IMG/VR virus record: IMGVR_UViG_3300042346_000645
Coordinates: 1 to 57,763 of that record
Source: a virus
Lineage: Duplodnaviria; Caudoviricetes
Length of the DNA stretch: 57,763 nt
Direction: 5' to 3' (one strand)
Part shown: positions 37,215 through 47,437 of the stretch, piece by piece
How the letters are laid out: the number at the start of each line of letters is the position of its first letter
Position numbering within the stretch: the stretch's first letter is position 1
Position numbers and translations under genes: made by a program
Notes under the pieces: model-generated
Database searches by the model: none
What the model saw: the letters and a program-made list of their open reading frames with translations, nothing else
What the model was told of the DNA's origin: nothing

Positions 37215-37943
37215 ATGGAATTTGAAAAGAAGTTAAGCAGAAAAAACAAACGCGCTAAAAAGTTTGAAAAAGTAGAAACTTATCAATCAAATGATCCTAG
37301 CGAAAACAGCTATACTATCAAAGCGCCTGTTGCAATGAACAAGGCTCAACAACAATACCTTAATAGTATTTACGCTAACGTCATCACCTTTGGCATTGGG
37401 TGTGCAGGTACAGGTAAATCTTATTTAGCACTTAGTTACGCAGCGCAACAGCTCCAATTAAAAAACGTCAGTAAGATAATCATTTCACGCCCACTGGTTG
37501 AAGCCGGTGAAAGTTTAGGTTATCTCAAAGGGGAACTTAGCGATAAGACCGAGCCTTGGATGCTTCCAATGATTGAGATACTCAATAAGCGATTAGGTAA
37601 AACTAGCACTGAGTATTATTTAAGCAAAAAGATTATAGAATTCAAGCCTTTAGCCTATTTGCGCGGTACAACATTCAATGATGCAGTAGTGATACTTGAT
37701 GAAGCGCAAAACACCACATCAAAACAAATGGAAATGTTTTTAACACGGATTGGTGATGAAGGTAATATCAAAGTGATTGTCGATGGGGATTATAGAGGGC
37801 AAAAAGACATACAAGGACTCTCCGGTTTAGAAGATGCCGTTATGCGTCTAAAAGATTTGGAATCAGTAGGCTTTTGTTATTTTGATATTGATGACGTAGT
37901 GCGTAGCGGTATATGTAAACAGATACTTTTGCGATACAGATAA
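37215..37943 (+). CDS. phoH: PhoH family protein
   Basis: GCAGTGKSYLA, ISRPLVEAGESLGYLKG, PLAYLRGTTF, ILDEAQNTT..QM.MFLTRIG. Confidence 0.93.
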   Translation: MEFEKKLSRKNKRAKKFEKVETYQSNDPSENSYTIKAPVAMNKAQQQYLNSIYANVITFGIGCAGTGKSYLALSYAAQQLQLKNVSKIIISRPLVEAGESLGYLKGELSDKTEPWMLPMIEILNKRLGKTSTEYYLSKKIIEFKPLAYLRGTTFNDAVVILDEAQNTTSKQMEMFLTRIGDEGNIKVIVDGDYRGQKDIQGLSGLEDAVMRLKDLESVGFCYFDIDDVVRSGICKQILLRYR

Positions 37944-37977
37944 TTTTACAATTTATATTCACAAATAGGACACCCCT

Positions 37978-39774
37978 ATGAATACTTACATTATTGACAC
38001 TGAGTGTTATAAAAACTATTGGCTATTTTTAGCCGTTAATCATAAAACAGGTGCATCGCTTGAAATAGAATTATTTGGCGAAGATGCAAAGTTAAATGAG
38101 CAGCAAGCCAAAAAGATACAGCGTCTATTTCTTAATCATGAAACCGTTTCATTCAATGGGCTTAATTACGATATACCAATGATATGCGCGGCATTGGATG
38201 TGTGGGATTGCTCAAAATTACACAAACTTTCCACAAAGATAATCACAGATCAGCGCGTTACTTGGCAGATACTCAAAGAGCATAACCTCCAAGTCCCTAC
38301 TTACGATAAACATATCGACATTATCGAGATCCCCATTGGACAGGCATCGCTTAAAATTTACGGTGGACGTATTCACACCCAGAAAATGCAAGACTTGCCA
38401 ATTGATCCTAACGAGTTAATAAAAGATACTGAGCGTAGTTTGATGCGCAAGTATTGCAGAAACGATACGCAAGTGACCGGTGAACTGTTTGACAAGCTCA
38501 AAGGGCAGATAGACTTGCGCAAAGAGATGACGCAGCAATACGGTATCAATCTCAATTCAAAATCCGATGCGCAAATTGCTGAAACTATCATAAAATCAGA
38601 ACTTTACGAAAAAACTGGCGAGCATTATCGTGCCACAAAGTTTGATGATAAATACACGTTTACTTATCGAAATCCAGATATTATTCAGTTTAAAACACAG
38701 GAACTCTGCGACATTTTTGACCAGCTAATTTATGAAACTTTTACGCTAAAAGCAAATGGCAGTGTTGAACTACCTCAATGGTTAACTCAACCTATTCAAA
38801 TTGGCAATGCGTCATATCAAATGGGGATTGGTGGGCTTCACTCACGCGAAACCGCCCAACACATTAAATCCAGTAACGGTTACTTTCTATCTGATTTTGA
38901 TGTTGCCAGTTACTACCCATCAATTATCCTGCATCAAAGGTTATTTCCAGAATCAATGGGAGAGAATTTCCTTAACCTATATCGAGAGATTGTAAAAAAA
39001 CGTATTACAGCGAAACACACAGGCGATAAAGTTACTGCCGATACACTTAAAATCGTACTCAACGGGAGTTTTGGTAAATTTGGTAGTAAATACAGTAGCT
39101 TATACTCACCGCAGTTACTTCTGCAAACAACAATCACAGGTCAACTAGCACTACTTATGCTGATTGAAGAACTTGAATTAAACGGTATTCGCGTAGTTAG
39201 TGCAAACACCGATGGGATTGTGACGTATTACCACGAAAGTCAAATACCTACGCTACAAGATATTCTATTTAATTGGGAAATTCAAACCAGCTATACGCTA
39301 GAGCAAACTGATTACCGTGAACTCGCGTCGCGTGATGTAAATAACTATATCGCTGTGAAGCTCGATGGTAAAACTAAATGCAAAGGGTGCTTTGGTGAAG
39401 CGTCACTGAGTAAAAACCCCGACGGCTTAATCATCTATGAAGCAGTCGCTGAGTTTATTGCTAACGGAACGCCAATTGAAAAGACAATTACCGATTGTGA
39501 GGATATTAGAAAGTTTGTCACAGTTCGCAGAGTAACAGGTGGTGCATTGTTTAGAGGAGAGTATCTTGGTAAAGCAGTTCGCTTTTATCACAGTTGCGAT
39601 TTAGGTCTTGCTGATATGTCACTTGTCTATGCAAAAAATGGAAATAAAGTCCCGATGTCACAAGGCTGTCGTCCATTGATGAATTTGCCAAATGCTTTTC
39701 CAGAGGATGTTAATTTTTATTATTACTACACTAAAGCAAACGAAGTGTTAAAAGGAGTTGGTTACAATGCTTGA
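37978..39774 (+). CDS. DNA polymerase, family B-like, with 3'-5' exonuclease
   Basis: IDTECY, FNGLNYD, YCRND exonuclease motifs; DFDVASYYPS, KIVLNGSFGK, SANTDG polymerase motifs. Confidence 0.88.
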   Translation: MNTYIIDTECYKNYWLFLAVNHKTGASLEIELFGEDAKLNEQQAKKIQRLFLNHETVSFNGLNYDIPMICAALDVWDCSKLHKLSTKIITDQRVTWQILKEHNLQVPTYDKHIDIIEIPIGQASLKIYGGRIHTQKMQDLPIDPNELIKDTERSLMRKYCRNDTQVTGELFDKLKGQIDLRKEMTQQYGINLNSKSDAQIAETIIKSELYEKTGEHYRATKFDDKYTFTYRNPDIIQFKTQELCDIFDQLIYETFTLKANGSVELPQWLTQPIQIGNASYQMGIGGLHSRETAQHIKSSNGYFLSDFDVASYYPSIILHQRLFPESMGENFLNLYREIVKKRITAKHTGDKVTADTLKIVLNGSFGKFGSKYSSLYSPQLLLQTTITGQLALLMLIEELELNGIRVVSANTDGIVTYYHESQIPTLQDILFNWEIQTSYTLEQTDYRELASRDVNNYIAVKLDGKTKCKGCFGEASLSKNPDGLIIYEAVAEFIANGTPIEKTITDCEDIRKFVTVRRVTGGALFRGEYLGKAVRFYHSCDLGLADMSLVYAKNGNKVPMSQGCRPLMNLPNAFPEDVNFYYYYTKANEVLKGVGYNA

Positions 39775-40066
39775 AAAAGAAATTGAAAAATACCTGTGCG
39801 ATCAAATTAAAAAAGTGGGTGGAACGTGTGAGAAATTTACATCACCTAATCGTCGCTCAGTCCCAGACCGTTTAATTACCTTGCCATTTCAACCGATATT
39901 TTTTGTTGAATGCAAAGCGCCTAAAAAGAAACCCACTGAAGCACAGGAACGCGATCATCAAAGACGACGCGAGATGGGCGTCCATGTCTATGTCATTGAC
40001 TCAAAAGAAAGCGTTGATACTTTATTGCTTTATCGATTACCAGTGGAAGGCGATTATGCGCACTAG
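39767..40066 (+). CDS. VRR-NUC nuclease
   Basis: EKEIE..KFTSP..VPDR..FVECKAP..Q. Confidence 0.88.
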   Translation: MLEKEIEKYLCDQIKKVGGTCEKFTSPNRRSVPDRLITLPFQPIFFVECKAPKKKPTEAQERDHQRRREMGVHVYVIDSKESVDTLLLYRLPVEGDYAH

Positions 40067-41387
40067 AGCAGAACTCCGTCATTACCAAGTCAGAACCTCC
40101 GAGTTTCAAATTGAACAAGAGCGAACACTTTGTGCGCTTAAAATGGGGATGGGAAAAACAGCTTCTACGCTCACTACAATCCACGATTTAATTGATGCTT
40201 GTGTGATTACCAAAGCGCTTGTTATCGCGCCACTGAGAGTAGCTAATAGCGTCTGGGCGCAAGAAGCAAAGGAATGGGAACATCTCAAAGATTTAAAATT
40301 CAAAATATGTACAGGCACAGAGCAAAAGCGCCTAGCTGCACTTCACCATGACGCTGACGTTTATGTTATTAATCGAGAAAATGTGGTTTGGCTAGTGAAG
40401 CATTACAGGGATAAATTCCCCTTTCAAATGGTGGTCATTGATGAATCGAGCAGTTTTAAAAGTGATAAAAGCAAACGTGTCAAAGCACTACGCAAAGCAT
40501 TACCGTATGTTCACTACATCACTCTACTGACAGGTACACCTTCACCCAATGGTTTGCTTGACCTGTGGTCGCAATGCTATTTAGTGGATAACGGCAAAGC
40601 ACTTGGGAGAACGATGACTATGTATAAAAGCAGGTTCTTTGAACAGGATTACAGCGGTTACAAATATACCCCTCGCAAAGATTCACAAAAGAAAATCGAA
40701 GCATTGATAGCGCCATTTACCATATCAATGGAAACTAGCGATTACCTTGAAATGCCAGACTACATTGAATTATATGAAGAAATTGAATTAGCATTTACGG
40801 TAATGAACAATTACAAACTCCTTGAAGAAAAACTTTATTTGAAGTTTGAGGAGTCTGAAGTTGAAGCATTGAGCGCAGCGACACTTGCCAATAAGCTATT
40901 GCAGTATTGCGCTGGTGCTGTGTACGTCGATGAGTTTAAAAACTATGAGATAGTCCACGATGCAAAACTTGATGCGCTTGCAGACATTATTGAGCAAAAC
41001 GATGGGGAGAATATCCTTGTTGCCTATAACTTCAAAAGCGATATTGAGCGACTACTTAAACGCTTTCCCAATGCGCGAGTTCTCGATAAGCATCAAACCA
41101 CTATTGACGAATGGAACAATGGCGAAATACCCCTTCTATTTGCTCATCCTCAATCAGCCGGCCACGGTCTTAATATCCAACACGGCGGTAGCATGATTGT
41201 GTGGTTTTCACTGAGCTGGAGTTTGGAATATTACCAACAGTTTAATGCTCGATTGTACCGGCAAGGACAGACTATGTCGGTAAGGATTATCCACTTAATC
41301 TGCAAAGGCTGCATTGACGAGCGAATCATTAACGTATTGAAAGATAAAGATATTGTGCAATCTGACTTACTTCGTGCATTAAAATAA
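40056..41387 (+). CDS. SNF2-like helicase
   Basis: MGMGKT, VVIDESS, LLTGTPSPN, SAGHGLNIQ, QFNARLYRQGQ. Confidence 0.92.
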   Translation: MRTRAELRHYQVRTSEFQIEQERTLCALKMGMGKTASTLTTIHDLIDACVITKALVIAPLRVANSVWAQEAKEWEHLKDLKFKICTGTEQKRLAALHHDADVYVINRENVVWLVKHYRDKFPFQMVVIDESSSFKSDKSKRVKALRKALPYVHYITLLTGTPSPNGLLDLWSQCYLVDNGKALGRTMTMYKSRFFEQDYSGYKYTPRKDSQKKIEALIAPFTISMETSDYLEMPDYIELYEEIELAFTVMNNYKLLEEKLYLKFEESEVEALSAATLANKLLQYCAGAVYVDEFKNYEIVHDAKLDALADIIEQNDGENILVAYNFKSDIERLLKRFPNARVLDKHQTTIDEWNNGEIPLLFAHPQSAGHGLNIQHGGSMIVWFSLSWSLEYYQQFNARLYRQGQTMSVRIIHLICKGCIDERIINVLKDKDIVQSDLLRALK

Positions 41388-41427
41388 GTTAAGTTAAGGT
41401 TGACTGAGGGGATAAAATCAATAAAAT
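41387..41427 (+). promoter_or_regulatory. Promoter TTGACT-16-TAAAAT with an upstream AGTTAAGTTAAG site
   Basis: 41387-41405 matches 32976-32994 at 18 of 19 positions. Confidence 0.55.
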
Positions 41428-41736
41428 AGCTTCACGGTTTCTCGAAACAAAAAAATCCTACTGCCCCAAAGGAATAAACAGGCAGTAGGAATAGAGTCGA
41501 GGAGTCTAACACATGAACGCATTTCAAACAGTTGGAGTGGAATGCAAATTGAGTATAACACAAACAAAAGGTTATATAAATGCGAGTATTTGAAGATAAC
41601 ACTTCTGACGCATATTGGTATGCTGAGGAAGAAGATGATGAGCGCAAGTATTGGACGCACTCTCAATGGGATGCGTTCAATAAACAAAGAGCGATTGATA
41701 CTGAAAAACAACTTAAAAAAATGTTAGGAGCAAGAT

Positions 41737-42003
41737 ATGTCGAACCAAAGAAAGTTTAATCACCACGATATTATTTCAAGATTACTAAGAACTGCGCTGG
41801 AACATGATAACCAGCAAGAAGCCTTCAGCGATTTAACCTTTGAGCTTGTACAGGCAGTAGGGTATTTAGTCGGTAGCACTGACAAACTAGAAGATAGGGA
41901 AATATTTATTAAAGAAATTAACAAGCAAATTAATGATTGCGTTGAAATGCTCGATGGTGTTCGTGAAGAACTTGCAAGTAATACGGCAACACTAGAAGCG
42001 TAA
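41737..42003 (+). CDS. Hypothetical protein
   Basis: AGGAG RBS; 88 aa. Confidence 0.6.
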   Translation: MSNQRKFNHHDIISRLLRTALEHDNQQEAFSDLTFELVQAVGYLVGSTDKLEDREIFIKEINKQINDCVEMLDGVREELASNTATLEA

Positions 42004-42185
42004 TAGCTGAGGACACAGATAATGGACGCATTAATTGAATTTTTAGAATACTTAGATAAAAGCAGTATTGCTTATGTCTTAATGATAGGTTTATTTATGA
42101 CGATGGCGTATTTGCACTTCAGCGCATTAGACGAAATCACCCGTCTACGTAGAGCGCTTAAAAACGCAGTATTGGAGAATAAAAA

Positions 42186-42443
42186 ATGAGTATTACCGCA
42201 GCGGCATTAACATTAACTCTCTCGTTTCTAACAACAGAAACTAACATTGACAAAAAAGGTCATAGCACTACCAAAGAAACCATTGTCTACACCACAAGCG
42301 TAATCCCTTATGAATCAATGACAGCTTGCACCAATGGACGTGAAGAATGGAATCTTGCAGTAGGCGCTTACCAAATGTCAAAACGCCCAGCACGAATTAT
42401 TATGGCGGTGTGCAATGACTTATCAACGGGGACAGTACAATGA
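42186..42443 (+). CDS. Small exported-type hypothetical protein
   Basis: Hydrophobic N-terminus; YESMTAC..C pattern, similar to 45224-45424. Confidence 0.55.
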   Translation: MSITAAALTLTLSFLTTETNIDKKGHSTTKETIVYTTSVIPYESMTACTNGREEWNLAVGAYQMSKRPARIIMAVCNDLSTGTVQ

Positions 42444-42643
42444 ATAAAGAATATAAAGGTTGGCTAGTAGCAGGGTTATTTGCTGTGTGTTTAATTATAT
42501 GCCAAGCGACTAATTATGTAGACAACAAAAACCGTCACGTTGTTATTAAAACCAACATTGGAGAGTTCATCCTCCGTGAAGGTAAACTGTATGGTGTATA
42601 TGAAATGAGCAGGGATATACAAGGTAATATGGTGTCAAAATGA
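42440..42643 (+). CDS. Small membrane protein
   Basis: N-terminal TM segment; coupled start. Confidence 0.5.
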   Translation: MNKEYKGWLVAGLFAVCLIICQATNYVDNKNRHVVIKTNIGEFILREGKLYGVYEMSRDIQGNMVSK

Positions 42644-43211
42644 CCAAAGACGAATGTATAAGCCGCCTTAAAACGGCTCAGAAAAACAAAAAAGAACTAA
42701 GAAAAATTAAACTTCAACTCCTCAAAGAAATTGAGCAGTTGAAGTTGATGCTCAGAGCGCTTGAGGAGGAAGAACAGTGGGCGAGTTAATTTACTGGGCA
42801 GTTATTGGGTTTACCGTAGTGTGTTTTATGATTGAGTACACTAAAGGGGATGACAATGACATTACATGACTGGGTGGCACTTGTTGCTTATGTAGGATTG
42901 ATTGGTTTATGTATGAGGATTATATGGACAAAGTTCAAAGGGTAGAGCCAATACGAGCTTTACCAGATGCTACCAATTGCAAACATGACCATTGGCGAGT
43001 TTACCAATCACTTGGTTATCGGGAGTGTGATAGATGCAAAGCAAGACGCGCTATATTTAATGATATAAGGCATCAAAGATGAACACACTAATAAACATAT
43101 TGAAGTTCCCTGTATTCCTTATTTGCTGTTTGTTGTACTTAGCAAGTGAGTTGTTACTAGGACTTAGCGTACTGCTAGATTGTATTGGGGAAGTGCTTGA
43201 GGATTTAATAG

Positions 43212-43835
43212 ATGAATAAAATTGACCAAAAAATTGTAGGCTACAAAGTAGTTGATAAGACAGAAGAAAAAGTAGTGTTTGAGATGATACACGAGAATTT
43301 TCCTCGACCACCGCATTTGACGGGTACAACGTATAAGATTAAGACACCGCAGTCTGAGCACGCTCTGTATATCACGATTAACGATATGGTGCTTAACGGT
43401 GACGAGCGTCATCCCTACGAGATGTTTATCAACAGTAAGAACATGGATCATTTCCAGTGGGTACTTGCACTGACTCGCTTAGTATCTGCTGTGTGGCGCA
43501 AAGGTGGTGACAGTACGTTTCTTGTTGAGGAGTTGAAGAATGTGTTTGACCCGAAAGGTGGTTATTACAAAAAAGGTGGCGTGTATATGCCATCGCTAGT
43601 GGCTGAGATAGGAACAGTTATCGAACAACATCTGGTTGCAAATGGCGTGATTAAAGTTGAGGTGGATGAACACATGGAAAAGTTTATCAAAGCAAAGCGT
43701 GAAGAAGTAATGGGGAGTGAAGAAACTGGGTATCCTGCTCATGCTACGCTATGCGCTAAATGCAACACTAAAGCAGTGATACTTATGGATAACTGCCAGA
43801 CGTGCCTTTCGTGTTCTGAATCTAAATGCGGGTGA
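43212..43835 (+). CDS. nrdJb: Class II ribonucleotide reductase C-terminal subunit (TSCPD domain plus Zn ribbon)
   Basis: TYKIKTP..EHALYITIND..FINSKNMDHFQW..ALTR..RKGGD..EELK.VFDP.GGY..YMPS; CAKC..CQTCLSC..SKCG. Confidence 0.85.
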   Translation: MNKIDQKIVGYKVVDKTEEKVVFEMIHENFPRPPHLTGTTYKIKTPQSEHALYITINDMVLNGDERHPYEMFINSKNMDHFQWVLALTRLVSAVWRKGGDSTFLVEELKNVFDPKGGYYKKGGVYMPSLVAEIGTVIEQHLVANGVIKVEVDEHMEKFIKAKREEVMGSEETGYPAHATLCAKCNTKAVILMDNCQTCLSCSESKCG

Positions 43836-43997
43836 TTTATGAGTCTTGAATCATATTTATATCAGAATTATATTGACGAGTTGGTGAATATCTTTGAAGA
43901 AGTCTTGGATTCGTGGCAAGCTGGTGAGTCAATAGAGGAAGCTAAACAAATTTATGATAAAGCACGGCAAATGCTACCTAAAGACAGAGGGTGATTT

Positions 43998-44435
43998 ATG
44001 AGTAAAGAAAAAGAATTATTAAAAAGAGTGCTAGATGTATTGCGCGGATTAGAAGAAACCCATTATGACCTTTATTGGGACATACAATCTGAACTAGAAA
44101 AAATTGAGCATAAACCTGTTGGTTATCTATATAAGCAGAAAGATTGTTATGGCGAAATAGAAACAGTGTTTAGCTTTGATAACCCCTATATCACATGGCA
44201 TAACGTTACAGATGTTACTCCTGTCTACCTAGAACCACCAAAACGTGTACCTTTGAGTGATGATGAAATTTTTAACATTGGATATAATGCAGGATTTTCT
44301 CTTGACCATGTTGAAAATGATGATGGTTCTGTCTACGGCTTTTTAAACGAGTATGGTTACATTGATAATAATCCATATTTTAAGTTTGTCAGAGCAATAG
44401 AAAAAGCACACGGAGTTGAGGTAGAAAATGAGTAA
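43998..44435 (+). CDS. Hypothetical protein
   Basis: KPVGY..PLSDDEI..FVRAIEKAHG, a common phage hypothetical pattern. Confidence 0.6.
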   Translation: MSKEKELLKRVLDVLRGLEETHYDLYWDIQSELEKIEHKPVGYLYKQKDCYGEIETVFSFDNPYITWHNVTDVTPVYLEPPKRVPLSDDEIFNIGYNAGFSLDHVENDDGSVYGFLNEYGYIDNNPYFKFVRAIEKAHGVEVENE

Positions 44436-44613
44436 AGAAACTATTTACATTGATGCAGTCACTAAACTCAATGAACAAGATGCTGTTATCAAAGAACTGG
44501 CTGAACTGCTTAGTGATGTTTTAGATGCTTGGAATGCACGAGATTATATGTCAGAAAGTTATGACTTGTATGTAAGAGCAAATGATTATTTAAAAGGATT
44601 GAGAGATGAATAA
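44428..44613 (+). CDS. Hypothetical protein
   Basis: Coupled 61-aa ORF. Confidence 0.5.
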   Translation: MSKETIYIDAVTKLNEQDAVIKELAELLSDVLDAWNARDYMSESYDLYVRANDYLKGLRDE

Positions 44614-44791
44614 AGAACTAGCCCTCCGCACCATAAAACTGCTGTCAGCATTGGAGGCTTACGCCTTTACGATTGAAAAGTTCATGCCAGATTATCTGCA
44701 TGACGAGCTTATAACAATTGTAGATAATCTGGAAAGCATCGTGCTTGATAAGCCAATTGAAAACGATTTTTTAACAGCGAGAAAAAAATGA
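44606..44791 (+). CDS. Hypothetical protein
   Basis: Coupled 61-aa ORF. Confidence 0.5.
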   Translation: MNKELALRTIKLLSALEAYAFTIEKFMPDYLHDELITIVDNLESIVLDKPIENDFLTARKK

Positions 44792-45231
44792 AAATTGAAA
44801 TTAAGAAGTTAGACCCAAAAGTAATACTACCTGCTTATGAGACAGCAGGTGCAGCGGCTGTGGATTTACGCGCTAACATCAATAAGGCAATCAAACTGGA
44901 CTTAGGCGAAACGGCATTGATTCCTACAGGAATTGCAATCAACATCAATGACGATAAAGTGGCAGCGGTAATCTTACCTCGTAGTGGTCTTGGGCATAAT
45001 CATGGTATCAAACTCGGCAATAGTGTTGGCTTAATTGATAGCGACTACACGGGAGAGCTTAAAGTGTCAGTAAAGAATACAGGTACTGGTGTGTACAAGA
45101 TTAATCCACAAGATCGCATTGCTCAAATGAAATTTATTCCAATAGTGCGAGCAGAGTTTGTAGAGGTAGAGGAGTTCAGTAGTAGCACTGAACGTGGCGA
45201 GGGTGGCTTCGGGAGTACAGGTAATGATTAG
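44788..45231 (+). CDS. dut: dUTPase (trimeric)
   Basis: [37 protein letters not shown]. Confidence 0.96.
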   Translation: MKIEIKKLDPKVILPAYETAGAAAVDLRANINKAIKLDLGETALIPTGIAININDDKVAAVILPRSGLGHNHGIKLGNSVGLIDSDYTGELKVSVKNTGTGVYKINPQDRIAQMKFIPIVRAEFVEVEEFSSSTERGEGGFGSTGND

Positions 45232-45424
45232 TACAACAGCTTATATTTTAATTATCGCTGTAACCATTCACGGTGAGCTTACACAATCAACAATCGAATT
45301 TGCAGATAAGGCTTCGTGCGAAAGCGCGGCAGTTAAACAGGATTTTGCGTTTAAAAATTTGCAGTTTGCAGGTAGATGGAATTTAACCTGTCATCCTTAT
45401 CAACTTACTGGAGAGAAGAAATGA
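45224..45424 (+). CDS. Small exported-type hypothetical protein
   Basis: Hydrophobic N-terminus; [12 protein letters not shown]. Confidence 0.5.
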   Translation: MISTTAYILIIAVTIHGELTQSTIEFADKASCESAAVKQDFAFKNLQFAGRWNLTCHPYQLTGEKK

Positions 45425-45660
45425 AAGTACCAATAGGGTTTGAGGAAAGACATGATTTTATGTATTTGTTAATTGGCAATAATGGTTATGGGAGAGATGG
45501 TGATGAAATGGAAGTACCAGACGAATTGATTGAAAGGTATAAGCGCATAGAACCCGAATTTGAAAAAATACAAAAAGAACTTGGGGAAATATGGGGTGCG
45601 TATTATGTAGAAAAACGAGAAAAACTTTTAACAAGATTGAAAAATGAAGGTAAGATATGA
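45421..45660 (+). CDS. Hypothetical protein
   Basis: GGAG RBS; coupled to thyX. Confidence 0.5.
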   Translation: MKVPIGFEERHDFMYLLIGNNGYGRDGDEMEVPDELIERYKRIEPEFEKIQKELGEIWGAYYVEKREKLLTRLKNEGKI

Positions 45661-46226
45661 AAGTAACCCTAGTGCAAAGCACACCTAACCCAGAAGAACA
45701 CATCGGATTACTTGCAGGAATATGCTACGGTAAGACAGGTGAACAATCACCAGAGCAGTGCATTAAGAGAGCCTATCACTGCGTAACAAAAGGTCATCTA
45801 TCTACACTACGCTTTGCTTATGCGACATTCTTAGTTGAAGACATTAGCCGTATCTGTAGTCACCAGTTTGTTCGCAGTAAGCATTTGGATTTCTTGCAAC
45901 GTAGTCAGAGGTATTGCAATGAAGGTGAAGTAGCAATGGTTATACCAGAAGTTATTAAGTTCAATGCAGTAAGACGTCATTTAATTGAAGCAAGAGATTT
46001 ATACAAACAGTTAATTTCCGAAGGTGTAAAGAAAGAAGACGCAAGGTTTATCCTACCTCAAGGCGCAACAACAGAGCTTTTAGTAGTTGGTAACTTCCAA
46101 GCGTGGTATGACTTCATCAAACTACGTAGCGGTAAAGAAGTGCAGTGGGAAATACGAGAAGTAGCGCATGAGATTAACCGGCAGTTACATGGGATTGCAC
46201 CAAATGTCTTTGTGGAGCTTGATTAA
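45657..46226 (+). CDS. thyX: FAD-dependent thymidylate synthase
   Basis: GH.S, ISRICSHQFVR, QRSQRY, EDARFILP, QWEIR. Confidence 0.9.
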   Translation: MKVTLVQSTPNPEEHIGLLAGICYGKTGEQSPEQCIKRAYHCVTKGHLSTLRFAYATFLVEDISRICSHQFVRSKHLDFLQRSQRYCNEGEVAMVIPEVIKFNAVRRHLIEARDLYKQLISEGVKKEDARFILPQGATTELLVVGNFQAWYDFIKLRSGKEVQWEIREVAHEINRQLHGIAPNVFVELD

Positions 46227-46474
46227 TGACTGAGCAACTAAAAGAGTGTTGTTATTGTCGCAAGAACCTACCTATCGATGCGTATTACATAAAAAGCACA
46301 AGACGATTATCATCGGATTGTAAAACCTGTCATCGATCAAAAGCCGCACTTAGACAGCGATTAACACAAAAAGTAAAACTTGAATCACGGCAACTTGATT
46401 TTGCGCTTTACCGTGATTTTATAACAAGGCACTTAATTGTTCCAAAGCAATGGGAATTAACACTATGTCATTAG
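46226..46474 (+). CDS. Zn-finger hypothetical protein
   Basis: CCYC..CKTC. Confidence 0.55.
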   Translation: MTEQLKECCYCRKNLPIDAYYIKSTRRLSSDCKTCHRSKAALRQRLTQKVKLESRQLDFALYRDFITRHLIVPKQWELTLCH

Positions 46475-47013
46475 AAAAAGTTATTTTTGAAATCATGCGC
46501 TATAACGAATTTTGGACAGTGACTGAAATTCATGATCGTGCAATGGTGACTCAGCCGTTTATTAAACGACCCGATGTGTTCGCAGCTATGCACGAAATGG
46601 TTAGCAATGATATCCTCACTAAAGAGCCTAATGGTAAGGACAGTTTTTACCGGTTGAAAAATTACGATCCGGCAGATAAACATAAAAAAGAAACTGAAGC
46701 GCAAGTAAAAATAGAAACGGATATTCCTGCCGAGTTTAACCGACACGATGAAGCACTGCGCCAAATTGAGCTTAGAAAAGAAGATAAACAAAAAGCCGAT
46801 GCTCACTATCAATTCAGCTATAAAGGTCATAAAATAGACCCTTATCGCATCTTTAGAATTTATAATATTGTAGCACCAGAGCAACAACACGCTATCAAGA
46901 AATTGCTTCGAGCCGGTAAGTCAGTCAAGACACTCGACCAAGATATTGATGAGGTTATCCTTACTCTACAGCGCTGGAAAGAGATTTTAAAAGAAGATGT
47001 TAAACTGAATTAA
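46465..47013 (+). CDS. Hypothetical protein with a DUF3310-like C-terminal domain
   Basis: HY..IDPYRI..HAIKKLLRAGK..QDIDE. Confidence 0.55.
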   Translation: MSLEKVIFEIMRYNEFWTVTEIHDRAMVTQPFIKRPDVFAAMHEMVSNDILTKEPNGKDSFYRLKNYDPADKHKKETEAQVKIETDIPAEFNRHDEALRQIELRKEDKQKADAHYQFSYKGHKIDPYRIFRIYNIVAPEQQHAIKKLLRAGKSVKTLDQDIDEVILTLQRWKEILKEDVKLN

Positions 47014-47015
47014 CC

Positions 47016-47285
47016 ATGATTACATGGTCTGATTTGACACTACCGCCCATAAACTTATGGAATTTACCAAGACAAATTAAGATGGCTACAGAAGAAGGAA
47101 ATACCGACCTTGCAACGCAACATGAAGAAATGATGCGTGACAAGGCGATAACTATTATAAGATCAAAAGCATCCGCTATTGATACCAGCAACCCTACAGG
47201 CTTATGCTGGACGTGTGGTGACTATATTGGTCATGGGCGTAGATGGTGTGATGCAGATTGTCGAGATAACGTAAATGAAACCTAA
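47016..47285 (+). CDS. DksA/TraR-like C4 Zn-finger protein (start may be 47082)
   Basis: DLA..EE helix followed by CWTC..WCDADCRD. Confidence 0.5.
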   Translation: MITWSDLTLPPINLWNLPRQIKMATEEGNTDLATQHEEMMRDKAITIIRSKASAIDTSNPTGLCWTCGDYIGHGRRWCDADCRDNVNET

Positions 47286-47410
47286 ACTAAAAAAAGTAGG
47301 ACTATTTTGGGTATGTTATACCGAGTGGGAAGATACGGTAACTTGTACGGGTAAGTCACCAGAACAAGCGTATTATAGGTGGTTAACCAAGAACCAATTG
47401 AAATTAGAAG

Positions 47411-47435
47411 AAAGCCGCTGAGTAAGCGGCTTTTT
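47411..47435. terminator. Bidirectional terminator between the converging arms
   Basis: AAAGCCGCT/AGCGGCTTT stem flanked by A and T runs. Confidence 0.75.
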
Positions 47436-47437
47436 AA

